Source of the DNA: Candidatus Cloacimonadales bacterium
GTDB lineage: Bacteria; Cloacimonadota; Cloacimonadia; Cloacimonadales; JAIOQZ01
Reading direction: 5' to 3'
Assembly: GCA_963674825.1 (NCBI GenBank)
Contig: OY771587.1
Span: forward strand, 160,001-224,000
DNA length: 64,000 bases
This document shows positions 39,433 to 50,072 of the stretch, piece by piece (positions within the stretch are counted from its first letter, which is position 1; the number at the start of each line of letters is the position of its first letter). Position numbers and translations under genes: made by a program. The notes under the pieces are model-generated. The model did no database searches. It was given only the letters and a program-made list of their open reading frames with translations, and had not been told where the DNA came from.

Positions 39433-40285
39433 GGTACCCTCCCTATAATCAATTAAATTCTATGTAGATTTAATGCACATTTTGTTCCCATTACTTCAAC
39501 AACGTAACCTTCCTTAGACTAAGCTCTTTGCCCTGAGCCGACAGCTTGCAGGAATATACTCCGCTTGCTTTGTTTATCGGCTTCCAGACTATGGTCTCAC
39601 CGGCATGATCGACCGCAATCGTTTTCACCTTTTGCCCTCGTATATTATAAATTTCTATCTTCAAATCATGATATTTCCTATCTGTCACGATTTCAAACGA
39701 TATCTCTGGATTGAACGGATTCGGGTAGGCATTGAATGTGATATCCGCTGGTGGCACTGTTTCGTCATCGACCGGATCGGGGTCCAGTTCTTCCAAATCC
39801 TCGTGTCCACCATATACATAGACATCCCCCCAGTTGTTCGGATAGGTTGAGCTTTCTCCATAAGCGCCTACAGCGATATCGTCATAACCATCGTTGTTAA
39901 AATCACCTACGGCATTGCATGCTCCATATCCGTAATGACCATTTTGTTCATCGTAGTCTTTGGTTCCATTCTGATTGCCTATATAAAAATACAGGAAACC
40001 ACAATAGCCAACCATGCTGTAGCTATCAACTAGATCCGTTTTCCCATCTCCATTCAAATCTCCACTATGTGGATGAAAACCATTGTAATTATCGATATAC
40101 GTGTATCGATCCCAGTCGATGGTCTCGCCTCCGCGCCATAATCGGCAGCCTAAGGCTTCATTTTCCTCACTTACATCGCAGCCTGTAAAAGCAAAATCAT
40201 CGTAACCATCACCATCCCAGTCACCTGCCGGCATTAACTCGAACCAACTGTTAACATTGATCTGGTAGTTAAAAGCTGCATCCGG
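38069..40285. repeat. About 560-bp near-identical direct repeat: 38069-38628 and 39726-40285
   Basis: Offset 1657 bp; two mismatches seen by eye; identical shadow ORFs at 38262 and 39919. Confidence 0.9.
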
Positions 40286-41097
40286 AATGGTGTCCTGTAC
40301 CGTTCCACCCCAGAAAAAGCGGTTATGATGAAAAAATGTGAATGTCTCATCAGGATTCTCGATTGCATCACTTTCGTAATAATAAGTAAAATCGTCATAG
40401 CCATCATTGTTCACATCTCCCAGTCCGCGGAAGCCGCGTCCGTTACGAGTGTAGATACTATCAACGAACACAACCTTCTCGAAGCTGCCGCCGTAGATAA
40501 TGGAATAGGTGAGGTAGTCGCTTCTTTCTTCCGTTACGCCTGCGTCGTCGTACCCGTCACCGTTGATATCGCCGAGAGGGTGGATTTCTATGTCATAATA
40601 GGGCGCACTGGAAATAAAGTTATAATCAGGGATTGTATCCATTACTGTGTTTCCCAACAGAATACTTATATAATTGTGATAAATGTAGCTTCCAGAGCCA
40701 TCTGGAATTCTATCACGTTTTAAAAATCCAATTTCATCGCAATTATCACCATTCATATCTCCGATGTTTTCAAGAACAATCCATGAAAAGTTCCAATTCA
40801 ATGTTGTGTCAATAACAGTTGTAGCTGTATATCCGGTTCCGCCGGTAATCCTTCTTCTGAACCCATATATATATATATCTTTCCTCTTTGGTTAGTTAAA
40901 TCAGGATTATTTGTATATCTCCACGCATTCACAGCAAGATCATCAATGTTGTCGCCATTAAAGTCCAGTGAGATTATATTTCTACCGAAATTATCGTTTG
41001 CTTGTTCACCGTGTTGCTGCCATACAATATCGAGCTGGTTGTTGGCAAATAAAAAAACGCTAATAGTGAGTAAGATGGCTATACAAAGGTATCGCAT
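39491..41097 (-). pseudogene. FG-GAP repeat paralog with 1-nt deletion near 40829
   Basis: ORFs 40798-41097 and 39491-40801 together align end to end with 37813-39432 (EPDI/TATTVIDT vs TSDITISTPIDT). Confidence 0.82.
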
Positions 41098-41264
41098 GGT
41101 ACCCTCCCATACTAACTGAATCCATTTGTGAAGAATTTTACGATTCTGTAAAAAATGTCAAGTAACTCCACCAGGTTAGAAATACCATTTCCTGCAAAGT
41201 GCTTCCCACATTCTTCACACACTTTTGATTTGACAGAAACCTCCGCCCGCAAGACGCTGCAAGC

Positions 41265-42083
41265 ATGGGAAAGATTGATTATCACATTCATGGAACGTTC
41301 AGCTCGGACAGCCAGATCGAGACGGAAGCCTTGATCCAGCTCGCCATCGAGCGAGGCTATCAGAGCATCGCCATCACCGAGCATTTCGACTTCAAGCCTG
41401 CCGAGATCGCCGAATACGGCGTCCCCGCCTACCTGAAGTACCATCGCCACATGACGCAGCTTCGCGAAAAATACGGTGATCGTATCGACATCGTCATCGG
41501 CGTGGAAGCCGGTGAGTACAACCGCTACGGGGACATCGCGGACGAGGTGTTCCGGTTCGCGCCACCGGAGCTGATTATTGGCTCCATCCACTCCACCAGC
41601 GATATGACCAATTTCTCGCTCCGGCTCAAGTGGGCCATCAACCGCGAAAACCTCATCGAGTACTACAGCGAGAATCTGGACATGGTAAAGCGCTGCAACA
41701 TCGACATCCTCGGTCACCTCGGCATCCATAAGCGCTATATGAAAGAGCTGCCCGATGAATCGTTCTGCATGGAGATCATCGACGAGATTTTTACGACCGT
41801 TATCGATCGAGGCATCATGCTGGAGGTGAATTATTCTCCGCTCCGGCGCGATATGCAGAATATCCTGCCCGAGCCGGCTCTGCTAAAGCGTTTCCGCGAA
41901 CTTGGCGGAGAGCGGATCACCATCGGATCGGACAGCCATAGGTTGCAAGACTTTGATTTGCATAACCTTCAAGTAATTTCGATGTTGGATACACTCGGTT
42001 TTAAATATATATTCTATTTGGAACAGAGCGATTCGCGCTCGGAACGAGGGTGGGTCGGCAAACCTATAAGTGAATTTAGTTAA
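41265..42083 (+). CDS. PHP-family histidinol-phosphatase-like protein
   Basis: DYHIH..FSSDS, ITEH, GVE, GSIH, ILGHL, IGSDSH. Confidence 0.85.
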   Translation: MGKIDYHIHGTFSSDSQIETEALIQLAIERGYQSIAITEHFDFKPAEIAEYGVPAYLKYHRHMTQLREKYGDRIDIVIGVEAGEYNRYGDIADEVFRFAPPELIIGSIHSTSDMTNFSLRLKWAINRENLIEYYSENLDMVKRCNIDILGHLGIHKRYMKELPDESFCMEIIDEIFTTVIDRGIMLEVNYSPLRRDMQNILPEPALLKRFRELGGERITIGSDSHRLQDFDLHNLQVISMLDTLGFKYIFYLEQSDSRSERGWVGKPISEFS

Positions 42084-42209
42084 TTGATATTCAATCAGTT
42101 ACAACATTCTATCAAATGAAGAAAAATAGGTTGACGGTTTTACCGGACTGCCTTTTTTTTGCCTCGTAGCCCCCAAAAGTAAGATAACCTACGATAAAGG
42201 AAGGTAACT

Positions 42210-45200
42210 ATGAAAGAATTACGCAAGGAGACAATGGACGGAAACGCGTGCGCGACTCATGTAGCTTACGCGTTCAGTGATGTTGCCGCTATTTATCCAA
42301 TCACACCTTCTTCTACGATGGGCGAGTATGCAGACGCCTGGTCATCCGCCGGACGCAAAAACTTATTCGGTCAGGTAGTGGATGTCATCGAAATGCAGTC
42401 GGAAGGCGGCGCAGCGGGTGCGGTTCACGGATCGCTCTCGGCAGGTGCACTCACAACCACCTTCACCGCGTCACAGGGCCTCATGCTGATGCTTCCCAAC
42501 ATGCACAAGATAGCCGGCGAAATGCTGCCGACCGTGTTCCACGTATCAGCTCGCTCCCTGGCATGCCAGTCACTCTCGATCTTTGGCGATCACTCAGATG
42601 TCATGTCAGCCCGTAACACCGGCTGGGCAATGATGGCAGCAAACTCGCTGCAGGAAATTATGGACCTCGCCATCGTATCCCACCTGGCTACCCTGAAATC
42701 GAAGATCCCGTTCCTGAACTTCTTTGATGGATTCCGCAGCTCCAGCGAAATCCAGAAAGTTGAAGTTATCGATTACGATACCATCAACGAAATGATCGAA
42801 ATGCAATACATCGAAGACTTCCGCAGCCGCGCCATGAACCCGGAAAATCCGCGGCTCAAAGTCGGTGCACAGAACCCGGATGTCTACTTCCAGGGTCGCG
42901 AGACGGTCAATCCGTACTACATCGCCACACCGGAAATCGTTCAGGAATACATGAACAAGCTTTTTAAAGTCATCGGACGCCAGTACAACTTATTCGATTA
43001 TGTTGGCGCACCAGATGCAGACAAAGTTATCGTCGCAATGGGTAGCGGTTGCGAAACCGTCGAAGAGACGATCAACTACCTCAACAAGAAGGGCGAAAAG
43101 CTTGGCCTGATCAAGGTCCGGCTCTATCGTCCGTTCGCTGAAGAAGCCTTCCGCAACGTGCTGCCGGCAACCGTGAAGAAGATCGCGGTTCTGGATCGCA
43201 CCAAGGAACCGGGCGCTATCGGCGAGCCGCTTTACCTCGACGTCGTTGCAGCTCTCAAGGATCGTTGCGACACCACCATCATCGGCGGACGTTACGGCCT
43301 TTCCTCGAAGGAATTTACTCCTTCGATGGTCAAAGCAGTTTACGACAACCTCGACGGAGCCTGCAAGCACGGCTTCACCGTCGGTATCAACGACGACGTC
43401 ACCAACACCTCCATTCCTGTGGCCGAACACATCAACACCATTCCGGAAGGAACGGTCAGCTGTAAGTTCTGGGGCCTTGGTTCCGACGGTACAGTCGGCG
43501 CTAACAAGAATAGCATCAAGATCATCGGTAACAACACCGACCTCTATGCTCAGGGATACTTCCAGTACGACTCCAAGAAATCCGGCGGTATCACCCGTAG
43601 CCATCTGCGCTTCGGCAAGTCCCCGATTCAGTCGGAATACCTGGTTCAGAACGCTGACTTCATCGCCTGCCACAATCAGGCGTTCATCGGCCGTTATGAC
43701 ATCCTTGAAGGCATTAAGGAAGGCGGCGTCTTCCTGCTGAACTCCAATTGGAGCAAAGAAGAAGCCTTCAACAACCTCACAGAAGACATGCAGAAGACCT
43801 TGATCGAAAAGAAGGTCAAGTTCTATAACATCGACGCGCTCGAAATCGCGACCGGTGTCGGCCTTGGCGGACGCATCAACACCGTCATGCAGACCGCATT
43901 CTTCCTGATCTCCGGCGTGCTGGAACGTCAGGAAGCCATCAAGATGATCAAGAAAGCGATCGAGAAATCGTTCTTCAAGAAGGGCGAAGAGGTCGTGAAG
44001 ATGAACTGGGCCGCTGTCGATCGTACAGACGAAGCGCTTGTCGAGATTCCCGTACCCGCAGCACTCCCGGGTGCCGCCCTGGAACCACACAAGCTCATTC
44101 CGGATGATGCTGACGACTTCACTAAAAACGTCATCGAGAAAATCATGCGCGAGAAAGGCGACGATATCCCTGTATCGCACATGCCGTTCGACGGATTCGT
44201 TCCCACCGGCACGACCGCACTGGAAAAACGCGGTGTAGCTCCGCTCGTACCGCAGTGGATCCCCGAAAACTGTATCCAGTGTAACCAGTGCTCGTTTGTT
44301 TGCCCTCACGCAGCCATCCGCGCCAAACTGATCGACCGCGACAACCTCAAGGACGCGCCGGAAAGCTTCAAGACACTCAAAGCGATGGGCAAAGACGGCG
44401 AAAAATTCGACTACAAGGTTCAGGTCTACATCGAAGATTGCCAGAGCTGCTGGAACTGCGTCAACGTATGTCCGAAGGAAGCCCTGGTCATGAAGCCGAT
44501 CGCTGAAGAACGCGAAGCCGGTGAAGTCGAGAACCAGAAGTTCTTCACCAGCCTTCCAGAAGATGTGATGAGCGAAATGGTGAAAGAAGGAACCGTCAAG
44601 GGTAGCCAGTTCAAGCAGCCGCTTCTCGAGTTCTCGGGTGCATGCGCAGGCTGCGGTGAGACACCGTACGTCAAGCTGATCACCCAGCTCTACGGTGACC
44701 GCATGATCGTTGCCAACGCAACCGGTTGCTCCTCCATCTGGGGCGGAACGTTCCCGACTATCCCGTATTGCAAGAACAAAGACGGCCACGGTCCTACCTG
44801 GGCAAACTCATTGTTCGAAGACAACGCGGAATACGGATTCGGTATGCGCCTGGCTGTCGATGCCAACCGTAAGCAACTGAAATCCAATGTCGAGAAGCTC
44901 GTTGCCGACATGAATGGCGAAGAATTCAAGCAATTCGCAGCCGAAGCTGAAAAAGCTGGCGGCGAGATGCTTCAGAAAGTAGAAAAAATCCGTGAATTCG
45001 GCAATTGCCTGCAATATGCGCTGGATCACTGGAAAGATACCGATCAGGCAGCTAAAGACAACGCTGCGAAGATCAAAGAACTTCTGGCCCTGATGCTCGA
45101 AAACTGCGTCGTCGAAGAACGCAAGGCCGTTCTGAAGAAACTCGTGGAACTCCAGAGCTACTTCATCGAGAAGAGCGTCTGGTGCTTCGGCGGTGACGGC

Positions 45201-45812
45201 TGGGCATACGATATCGGTTACGGCGGCCTGGACCACGTCCTCGCTTCCGGCAAGAACATCAACGTGCTCGTGATGGATACCGAGGTTTACTCGAACACCG
45301 GCGGTCAGGCTTCCAAGTCAACCCCGCTGGGATCCGTCGCCAAGTTCGCTGAATCCGGTAAGAAGACGGTCAAAAAAGACCTCGGCATGATGATGATGAG
45401 CTACGGCTACATCTACGTCGCGTCCGTGGCTATGGGCTCGAACAAGAACCAGCTGGTCAAGGCGATCCAGGAAGCGGAAGCTTACGACGGACCGTCCATC
45501 GTGATCGCATACGCACCGTGTATCAACCACGGAATCGACATGCATCAGACCCAGCAGGAAGAGCAAAAAGCTGTCGATACAGGCTACTGGCTGCTTTATC
45601 GCCACAATCCGGAATTGAAAGCAGAAGGCAAGAACCCGTTCATCCTCGATTCGAAAGAACCGAAGATCGAAGTTACCAAGTTCCTCGAAGGCGAAAAGCG
45701 CTACACCACACTCAAGCAGACGTTCCCGGAAGTTGTGGATGGATACTGGGAGCATGTGGTCAAGTTCGTAAACGAACGCTACCTCAAGTATAAAAAGATG
45801 TCTGAAGAATAA
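42210..45812 (+). CDS. nifJ: Pyruvate:ferredoxin (flavodoxin) oxidoreductase, single chain
   Basis: YPITPSS, MQSEGGAAG, GLGSDGTVGANK, two CxxCxxCxxxCP, FSGACAGCGE, GDGWAYDIG. Confidence 0.97.
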   Translation: MKELRKETMDGNACATHVAYAFSDVAAIYPITPSSTMGEYADAWSSAGRKNLFGQVVDVIEMQSEGGAAGAVHGSLSAGALTTTFTASQGLMLMLPNMHKIAGEMLPTVFHVSARSLACQSLSIFGDHSDVMSARNTGWAMMAANSLQEIMDLAIVSHLATLKSKIPFLNFFDGFRSSSEIQKVEVIDYDTINEMIEMQYIEDFRSRAMNPENPRLKVGAQNPDVYFQGRETVNPYYIATPEIVQEYMNKLFKVIGRQYNLFDYVGAPDADKVIVAMGSGCETVEETINYLNKKGEKLGLIKVRLYRPFAEEAFRNVLPATVKKIAVLDRTKEPGAIGEPLYLDVVAALKDRCDTTIIGGRYGLSSKEFTPSMVKAVYDNLDGACKHGFTVGINDDVTNTSIPVAEHINTIPEGTVSCKFWGLGSDGTVGANKNSIKIIGNNTDLYAQGYFQYDSKKSGGITRSHLRFGKSPIQSEYLVQNADFIACHNQAFIGRYDILEGIKEGGVFLLNSNWSKEEAFNNLTEDMQKTLIEKKVKFYNIDALEIATGVGLGGRINTVMQTAFFLISGVLERQEAIKMIKKAIEKSFFKKGEEVVKMNWAAVDRTDEALVEIPVPAALPGAALEPHKLIPDDADDFTKNVIEKIMREKGDDIPVSHMPFDGFVPTGTTALEKRGVAPLVPQWIPENCIQCNQCSFVCPHAAIRAKLIDRDNLKDAPESFKTLKAMGKDGEKFDYKVQVYIEDCQSCWNCVNVCPKEALVMKPIAEEREAGEVENQKFFTSLPEDVMSEMVKEGTVKGSQFKQPLLEFSGACAGCGETPYVKLITQLYGDRMIVANATGCSSIWGGTFPTIPYCKNKDGHGPTWANSLFEDNAEYGFGMRLAVDANRKQLKSNVEKLVADMNGEEFKQFAAEAEKAGGEMLQKVEKIREFGNCLQYALDHWKDTDQAAKDNAAKIKELLALMLENCVVEERKAVLKKLVELQSYFIEKSVWCFGGDGWAYDIGYGGLDHVLASGKNINVLVMDTEVYSNTGGQASKSTPLGSVAKFAESGKKTVKKDLGMMMMSYGYIYVASVAMGSNKNQLVKAIQEAEAYDGPSIVIAYAPCINHGIDMHQTQQEEQKAVDTGYWLLYRHNPELKAEGKNPFILDSKEPKIEVTKFLEGEKRYTTLKQTFPEVVDGYWEHVVKFVNERYLKYKKMSEE

Positions 45813-45832
45813 ACCGGATATCTCACAATAAT

Positions 45833-45861
45833 AAAAGGGCGGCCAGATGGTCGCCCTTTTT
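45833..45861. terminator. Bidirectional intrinsic terminator
   Basis: AAAAGGGCGGCC-AGAT-GGTCGCCCTTTTT. Confidence 0.85.
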
Positions 45862-45879
45862 GTATAGGTAAACCCGAGC

Positions 45880-46126
45880 TTTTTTCAGCAACATGACCTT
45901 GCGAATCTCAGTCTTTATATTAACGAAATACACGCCCTAAGGTTGACGATCGGCGTTCCAGGTAAGCGTATTGTCGCCGACAACGCGCTGTACGACAAAT
46001 GTCCTGCACCTTCATACCGCGTACGTTGCAGATATCGATCTGGACAGTTTGCGCATAGGCAAGGCTGAAGCAGAAATAGGTTTGAGGATTGAACGGATTG
46101 GGATAGACCGATTTCAGCGCTGTAAC
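45880..46126 (-). pseudogene. Decayed orphan FlgD-Ig/T9SS-like C-terminal domain
   Basis: Hand translation: VTALKSVYPNPFNPQTYFCFSLAYAQTVQIDICNVRGMKV / frameshift / GDNTLTWNADRQP*GVYFVNIKTEIRKVMLLK. Confidence 0.8.
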
Positions 46127-46137
46127 GCTTAACCTAT

Positions 46138-48642
46138 CTAATGTTTATGGTCGGAGGTAGTGAACTTGAGTGCGTCGGGAAGTTTGATTGCAAAGAGTGA
46201 CAAACGATAATCCCAGAAATCGCCTTCCTTGGTCCATCGGAAGGTCAGCTTCCAACAGTGCAGCATGCGGGTAAGAATCAGCTCATGAGAGATGAATTCG
46301 CTTTCCTGAAGATCGATGTAATTGCTATAGCTTACAGTCCAGTTGGTGGTAAGGCGAAACTCCGATCTGATGCGCAGATTACTGGTGAAGTCATCAATTC
46401 CGCGCCGCTGCGAATAGTCATGGGTTACGCCGATACTCCATTGCTCGGAATTGGAAAGCTGTTCGACTTTATCGATGGTATCCAATGTACCACGGCCCTC
46501 ATCCTCAGTTGCAAGGGAGTCTTTAAGGAAGAACTTACTGGTCTCGAACCGATTTAGTGGTTCGGGAAAATACTCAGTGAAGGATGCATCGCCAGAAATC
46601 GTGAAGCCGGTGGATACCGACCAGGAATTTAGATTGAAATCGTAAGGATCTTCGTAGATCGAGCCTGAATTGGTCCACTTGAAATTGAAAGAACCTACTT
46701 CCGCCGTTGCTGGCTTGAACGAGAGCCGATGTGAGATCGTACCGAACTTCTTTCCTTCTCCTTCGAGGTTGTAAGATACCGCCGAATCGATCTTGAAGAA
46801 GTCGTTCAACTTGCGTTCGCTTCCACCGTCTTTGCCGCGCAGTTTCAATTGCCAGGTGTTGCTCAGTGCATAGCGAAGCGTTCTGCTTTTCTTGCTGCTA
46901 TTGACACCCACACTACCGAAGGAATAGAGATCGCTGTTTTCCTGGAAATCAGGTTTGTAGGTAAACGCAACCGAAGGTGTCATAATATGCCTGACCGCCC
47001 GAACGTACATTGCCGGCATCTGACGTGTGCCATACAGAGAAAAGGACGCCTTCGAACTCGTGCTGTAATCGTATCCGGCAGCAGCCTTGTTATTATCACG
47101 ATCGCGGTCGATGACCACAGCATTCGTCGTTAGACTCTGGGTGAGGTCCAGCCAGCCGGCAGCCTTCCAGCTGTATCGCAAGCCTGCCGTGTTGAGAACC
47201 CCGGCATGATGTTCACTGACATATGCACCGGTTGAGTCGCGGTGACTCTCCCACAACACCTCCTCGAGATCAGGATCCTCATCTACAATCGTCCCGGTGT
47301 GAACACCCTTGAATGAGTATGAATACGATAGCGGTTCCCACCATTTCTGGGTATCGTCGTCGTCCGCGCTAATCTCCTCGAGGTCTTCCGTGCCGATAAA
47401 AAGCTCATAGACCGGTTTGGAAGGAAGCGAATAGGAGACACTGGGCAGCGTGATGCTCTTCTCGTCGGTCGAAAGGTTCTCGGTATAGCTGCTGCTTGCG
47501 CTCAAAAGACGATCGAAAACATATGTCTTATACGACATGCTCGAAGTGATCTCTTCCTTGAGTCGCTCGTTGATATCATCGCTGTTTTCGAAAATATTCT
47601 TATTACTGACAAATTTCAGATCGGACTCGAATGTTGTCTTGTAAGCAATTTCATGGTGGTGGTGCGAATAGAAGTACCATTGATAAGAATCGCTGGAATT
47701 CAATCCTCCATTCCGCTCAGTAAGCCGCGCATCGTAGTTTCCATTGAAATCGTATTGTTTGGTGTAATCGCCTTCGACGCGCGTCTCCCAGCCGGAAAGC
47801 TCCATATAATCAAGTGTCGTGGTCAGGTTAGCGTAATCGCTTATCGCGATGAAATAGGCGATATTCTTGAGGTATTTACCGTCACTGCTGTTGTATCCAG
47901 GCTCGGCAACCAGAAAACCGCTCTGGCGACCGCGTTTGATGGTAAACGTCGCATAAGGAAGCGCTAGAACCGGGAAGTAATTTACATAGAACACGACAGG
48001 CTTGGCTACGATTTTATCGTCTCTGTATAGCCGCATATCGCGCGAATAGATGTAATAGTGTGGTTCCTGGCTGTCGCAGGTGGTGAAATATCCGTTATCG
48101 ATATCGAACACTTCCTTGCCTACCTTGCGCACCTCTTCCCCATAGTAATAGCCTTTGTCGAATTTGGTCGCCCCTTGCTTGATCATACCATCCTGATCGG
48201 CGATATCAAAACGAATCTCGTCGCCAAGAAGCTGATGCGAGCCTTCTTTCATCAGAGCCTGACCTTCGGATGCGGCTTTTTCCTGCTGCATATCAACGCT
48301 GATCGTATCGGAGCTAATCGTGGCTGTCTGGTAGCGCAGGAAGGCATTTCCAGCCAGCATGATGCGCTCTTCCTGCACATAGTAGTAGATGCTGTCGGCC
48401 TTGTAGTATATCGAATCGATTACGATGGTGTCCTGCAGTGTAAAGAGGCTGTCCAGTGAATCTGAAAAGGCAAATGCGCTCGAATCGCTGAATGTATAGA
48501 GGCTATCCAATGAATCTGCGACCACAGCGAGGCTGTCGATCTCCCCGACAGGGTGATCCTGTGCGCGCTGCGGAAGCGCAATCAGGAGGATCGCCAGTGC
48601 GATCAGTATGGGTATGAATTTCGATTGGACCGTCTTTATCAT
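46138..48642 (-). CDS. lptD: Putative LPS-assembly protein LptD
   Basis: YKADSI, FTTCD..PHY, RQSGFL..PG, HIMTPSV, terminal RMLHCW beta-barrel pattern. Confidence 0.75.
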   Translation of the reverse strand: MIKTVQSKFIPILIALAILLIALPQRAQDHPVGEIDSLAVVADSLDSLYTFSDSSAFAFSDSLDSLFTLQDTIVIDSIYYKADSIYYYVQEERIMLAGNAFLRYQTATISSDTISVDMQQEKAASEGQALMKEGSHQLLGDEIRFDIADQDGMIKQGATKFDKGYYYGEEVRKVGKEVFDIDNGYFTTCDSQEPHYYIYSRDMRLYRDDKIVAKPVVFYVNYFPVLALPYATFTIKRGRQSGFLVAEPGYNSSDGKYLKNIAYFIAISDYANLTTTLDYMELSGWETRVEGDYTKQYDFNGNYDARLTERNGGLNSSDSYQWYFYSHHHHEIAYKTTFESDLKFVSNKNIFENSDDINERLKEEITSSMSYKTYVFDRLLSASSSYTENLSTDEKSITLPSVSYSLPSKPVYELFIGTEDLEEISADDDDTQKWWEPLSYSYSFKGVHTGTIVDEDPDLEEVLWESHRDSTGAYVSEHHAGVLNTAGLRYSWKAAGWLDLTQSLTTNAVVIDRDRDNNKAAAGYDYSTSSKASFSLYGTRQMPAMYVRAVRHIMTPSVAFTYKPDFQENSDLYSFGSVGVNSSKKSRTLRYALSNTWQLKLRGKDGGSERKLNDFFKIDSAVSYNLEGEGKKFGTISHRLSFKPATAEVGSFNFKWTNSGSIYEDPYDFNLNSWSVSTGFTISGDASFTEYFPEPLNRFETSKFFLKDSLATEDEGRGTLDTIDKVEQLSNSEQWSIGVTHDYSQRRGIDDFTSNLRIRSEFRLTTNWTVSYSNYIDLQESEFISHELILTRMLHCWKLTFRWTKEGDFWDYRLSLFAIKLPDALKFTTSDHKH

Positions 48643-48767
48643 TTGATGCGTATCATTTTGTCGGTCTGGATTCGTGTCAAGAAAAGAGCTTGGCATATAT
48701 TTTCTTGACAACCTCAACCCAAGAGCCTCTTTGAAAATGTACCAGCAAAAAAACATGGAGAGCCATT

Positions 48768-49316
48768 ATGCGAAAACTACTGCTACTACTCATGATTACG
48801 ATTGTAACTGTATCCGCATCTGCCCAGACCTTTCTGGCTCACAACGTTTGGTTTGAAAAACCACAGGCAATGTACGCCTGTAACTACAAACGCGGCACAA
48901 TGATTCCCGCCGGGATCGATGTTGATCATGTTGAGCTGCGAACGGATCGCAGAAACAGAACCATCCTCTATTTCGAAGTACCGGAATACGACAAAGGCTT
49001 TCAGGTCTATATCCAGGAACGGCTACAGGGCTCCGATTTCACCTTCGATCAGCTAAAAGAGCAGATGTTTACAACAAAGAGCTTTGAGGAGATGGTAAAG
49101 GGATTACCGCAGAATTTTATCGATGCGATCGAAAAAGGTGAAATTGTACAGGGAATGCCCAAAGAGGTCGTACTGATCTCATGGGGATATCCACCACATG
49201 GCACGACCTTCACCACCAACTTGAACACGTGGGTGTACCCGATGAACCGCTGGAAAACCCGAGAGGTTATCTTCGATAAGAACGGACTGACAATTTCGGG
49301 ATCGAATACCGATTGA
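48768..49316 (+). CDS. Exported hypothetical protein
   Basis: Signal peptide; IVQGMPKEVVLISWGYPP (SmpA/BamE-like C-terminal motif). Confidence 0.7.
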   Translation: MRKLLLLLMITIVTVSASAQTFLAHNVWFEKPQAMYACNYKRGTMIPAGIDVDHVELRTDRRNRTILYFEVPEYDKGFQVYIQERLQGSDFTFDQLKEQMFTTKSFEEMVKGLPQNFIDAIEKGEIVQGMPKEVVLISWGYPPHGTTFTTNLNTWVYPMNRWKTREVIFDKNGLTISGSNTD

Positions 49317-49763
49317 TCAGACTTCTTCCAAATCTCCCGGTTCTTTCAGCTCGTCGTGGCCGTTATTGAAAACAAGCTTTCTGCCGCGATAAAAAGCTTC
49401 GACGCATTGACGCGCATACTGGGTTGCATTGTTCATAAATTCGCCATCGAACATGAAGAACTTATCGATGCGATCCAGAAGCCGCTTTTCCTGTGATTGC
49501 AGGTGTTTGTCCATGAACATCAAGGTCGCGATCTCAAGAAACAAGACCCGACGTGATTGCTCGTTATCGAAGATCTCAAGCTCTTTTTCCAGATCGAAAT
49601 CGCCCAAGTCGAGTTCGTCATAGCAGATTTCCATTTCGTGGCACTGGTTGCGCAGCATGTTTTCTTCGCATACGGAGAAATCATAATCGATATTCAGTGC
49701 GTATTGCGCTATTCTCAGATAGGCTTGTTTTTCCCGATCACTCAGGGTATGAAGGAACATCAT
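49317..49763 (-). CDS. TerB-like helical protein
   Basis: MFLHTLSDREKQAYL...ID...E...D.....EKRLL pattern; RBS GGAGG. Confidence 0.55.
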   Translation of the reverse strand: MMFLHTLSDREKQAYLRIAQYALNIDYDFSVCEENMLRNQCHEMEICYDELDLGDFDLEKELEIFDNEQSRRVLFLEIATLMFMDKHLQSQEKRLLDRIDKFFMFDGEFMNNATQYARQCVEAFYRGRKLVFNNGHDELKEPGDLEEV

Positions 49764-50072
49764 GCCTCCAAAGTCCTCGGCAGCAATTACGCTTGCCGGA
49801 AATAAAGGTTCTCTTTTGCCGAGTCACAGGAAAATGTCAATCTTTCTTTCTGGAATCGAGTCCTTCACACACGCACAGCACATGGAATTGATGATCCTTG
49901 GGGACAAATCCCATAGCACTACCAGGCTCGCAATCTATTGAAACATATTTCATTATGAGATCGCCGCGTTCGCTCGACCCCGAATTTCGCTGTAATAACG
50001 TGACAGTTATTGAGTTAAATATATCAATGGCTTCTTATAGATAGCCTTTGCATAAACGCTCCCGGAGGTTAC

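Noticed and set aside
38069..40285. Diversity-generating retroelement TR/VR pair
   Set aside because: Only two mismatches, not a run of adenine-specific changes, and no reverse transcriptase in the window.
44860..45170. Apparently long helical segment in PFOR
   Set aside because: This region varies in length among single-chain PFORs; cannot be called unusual without an alignment.
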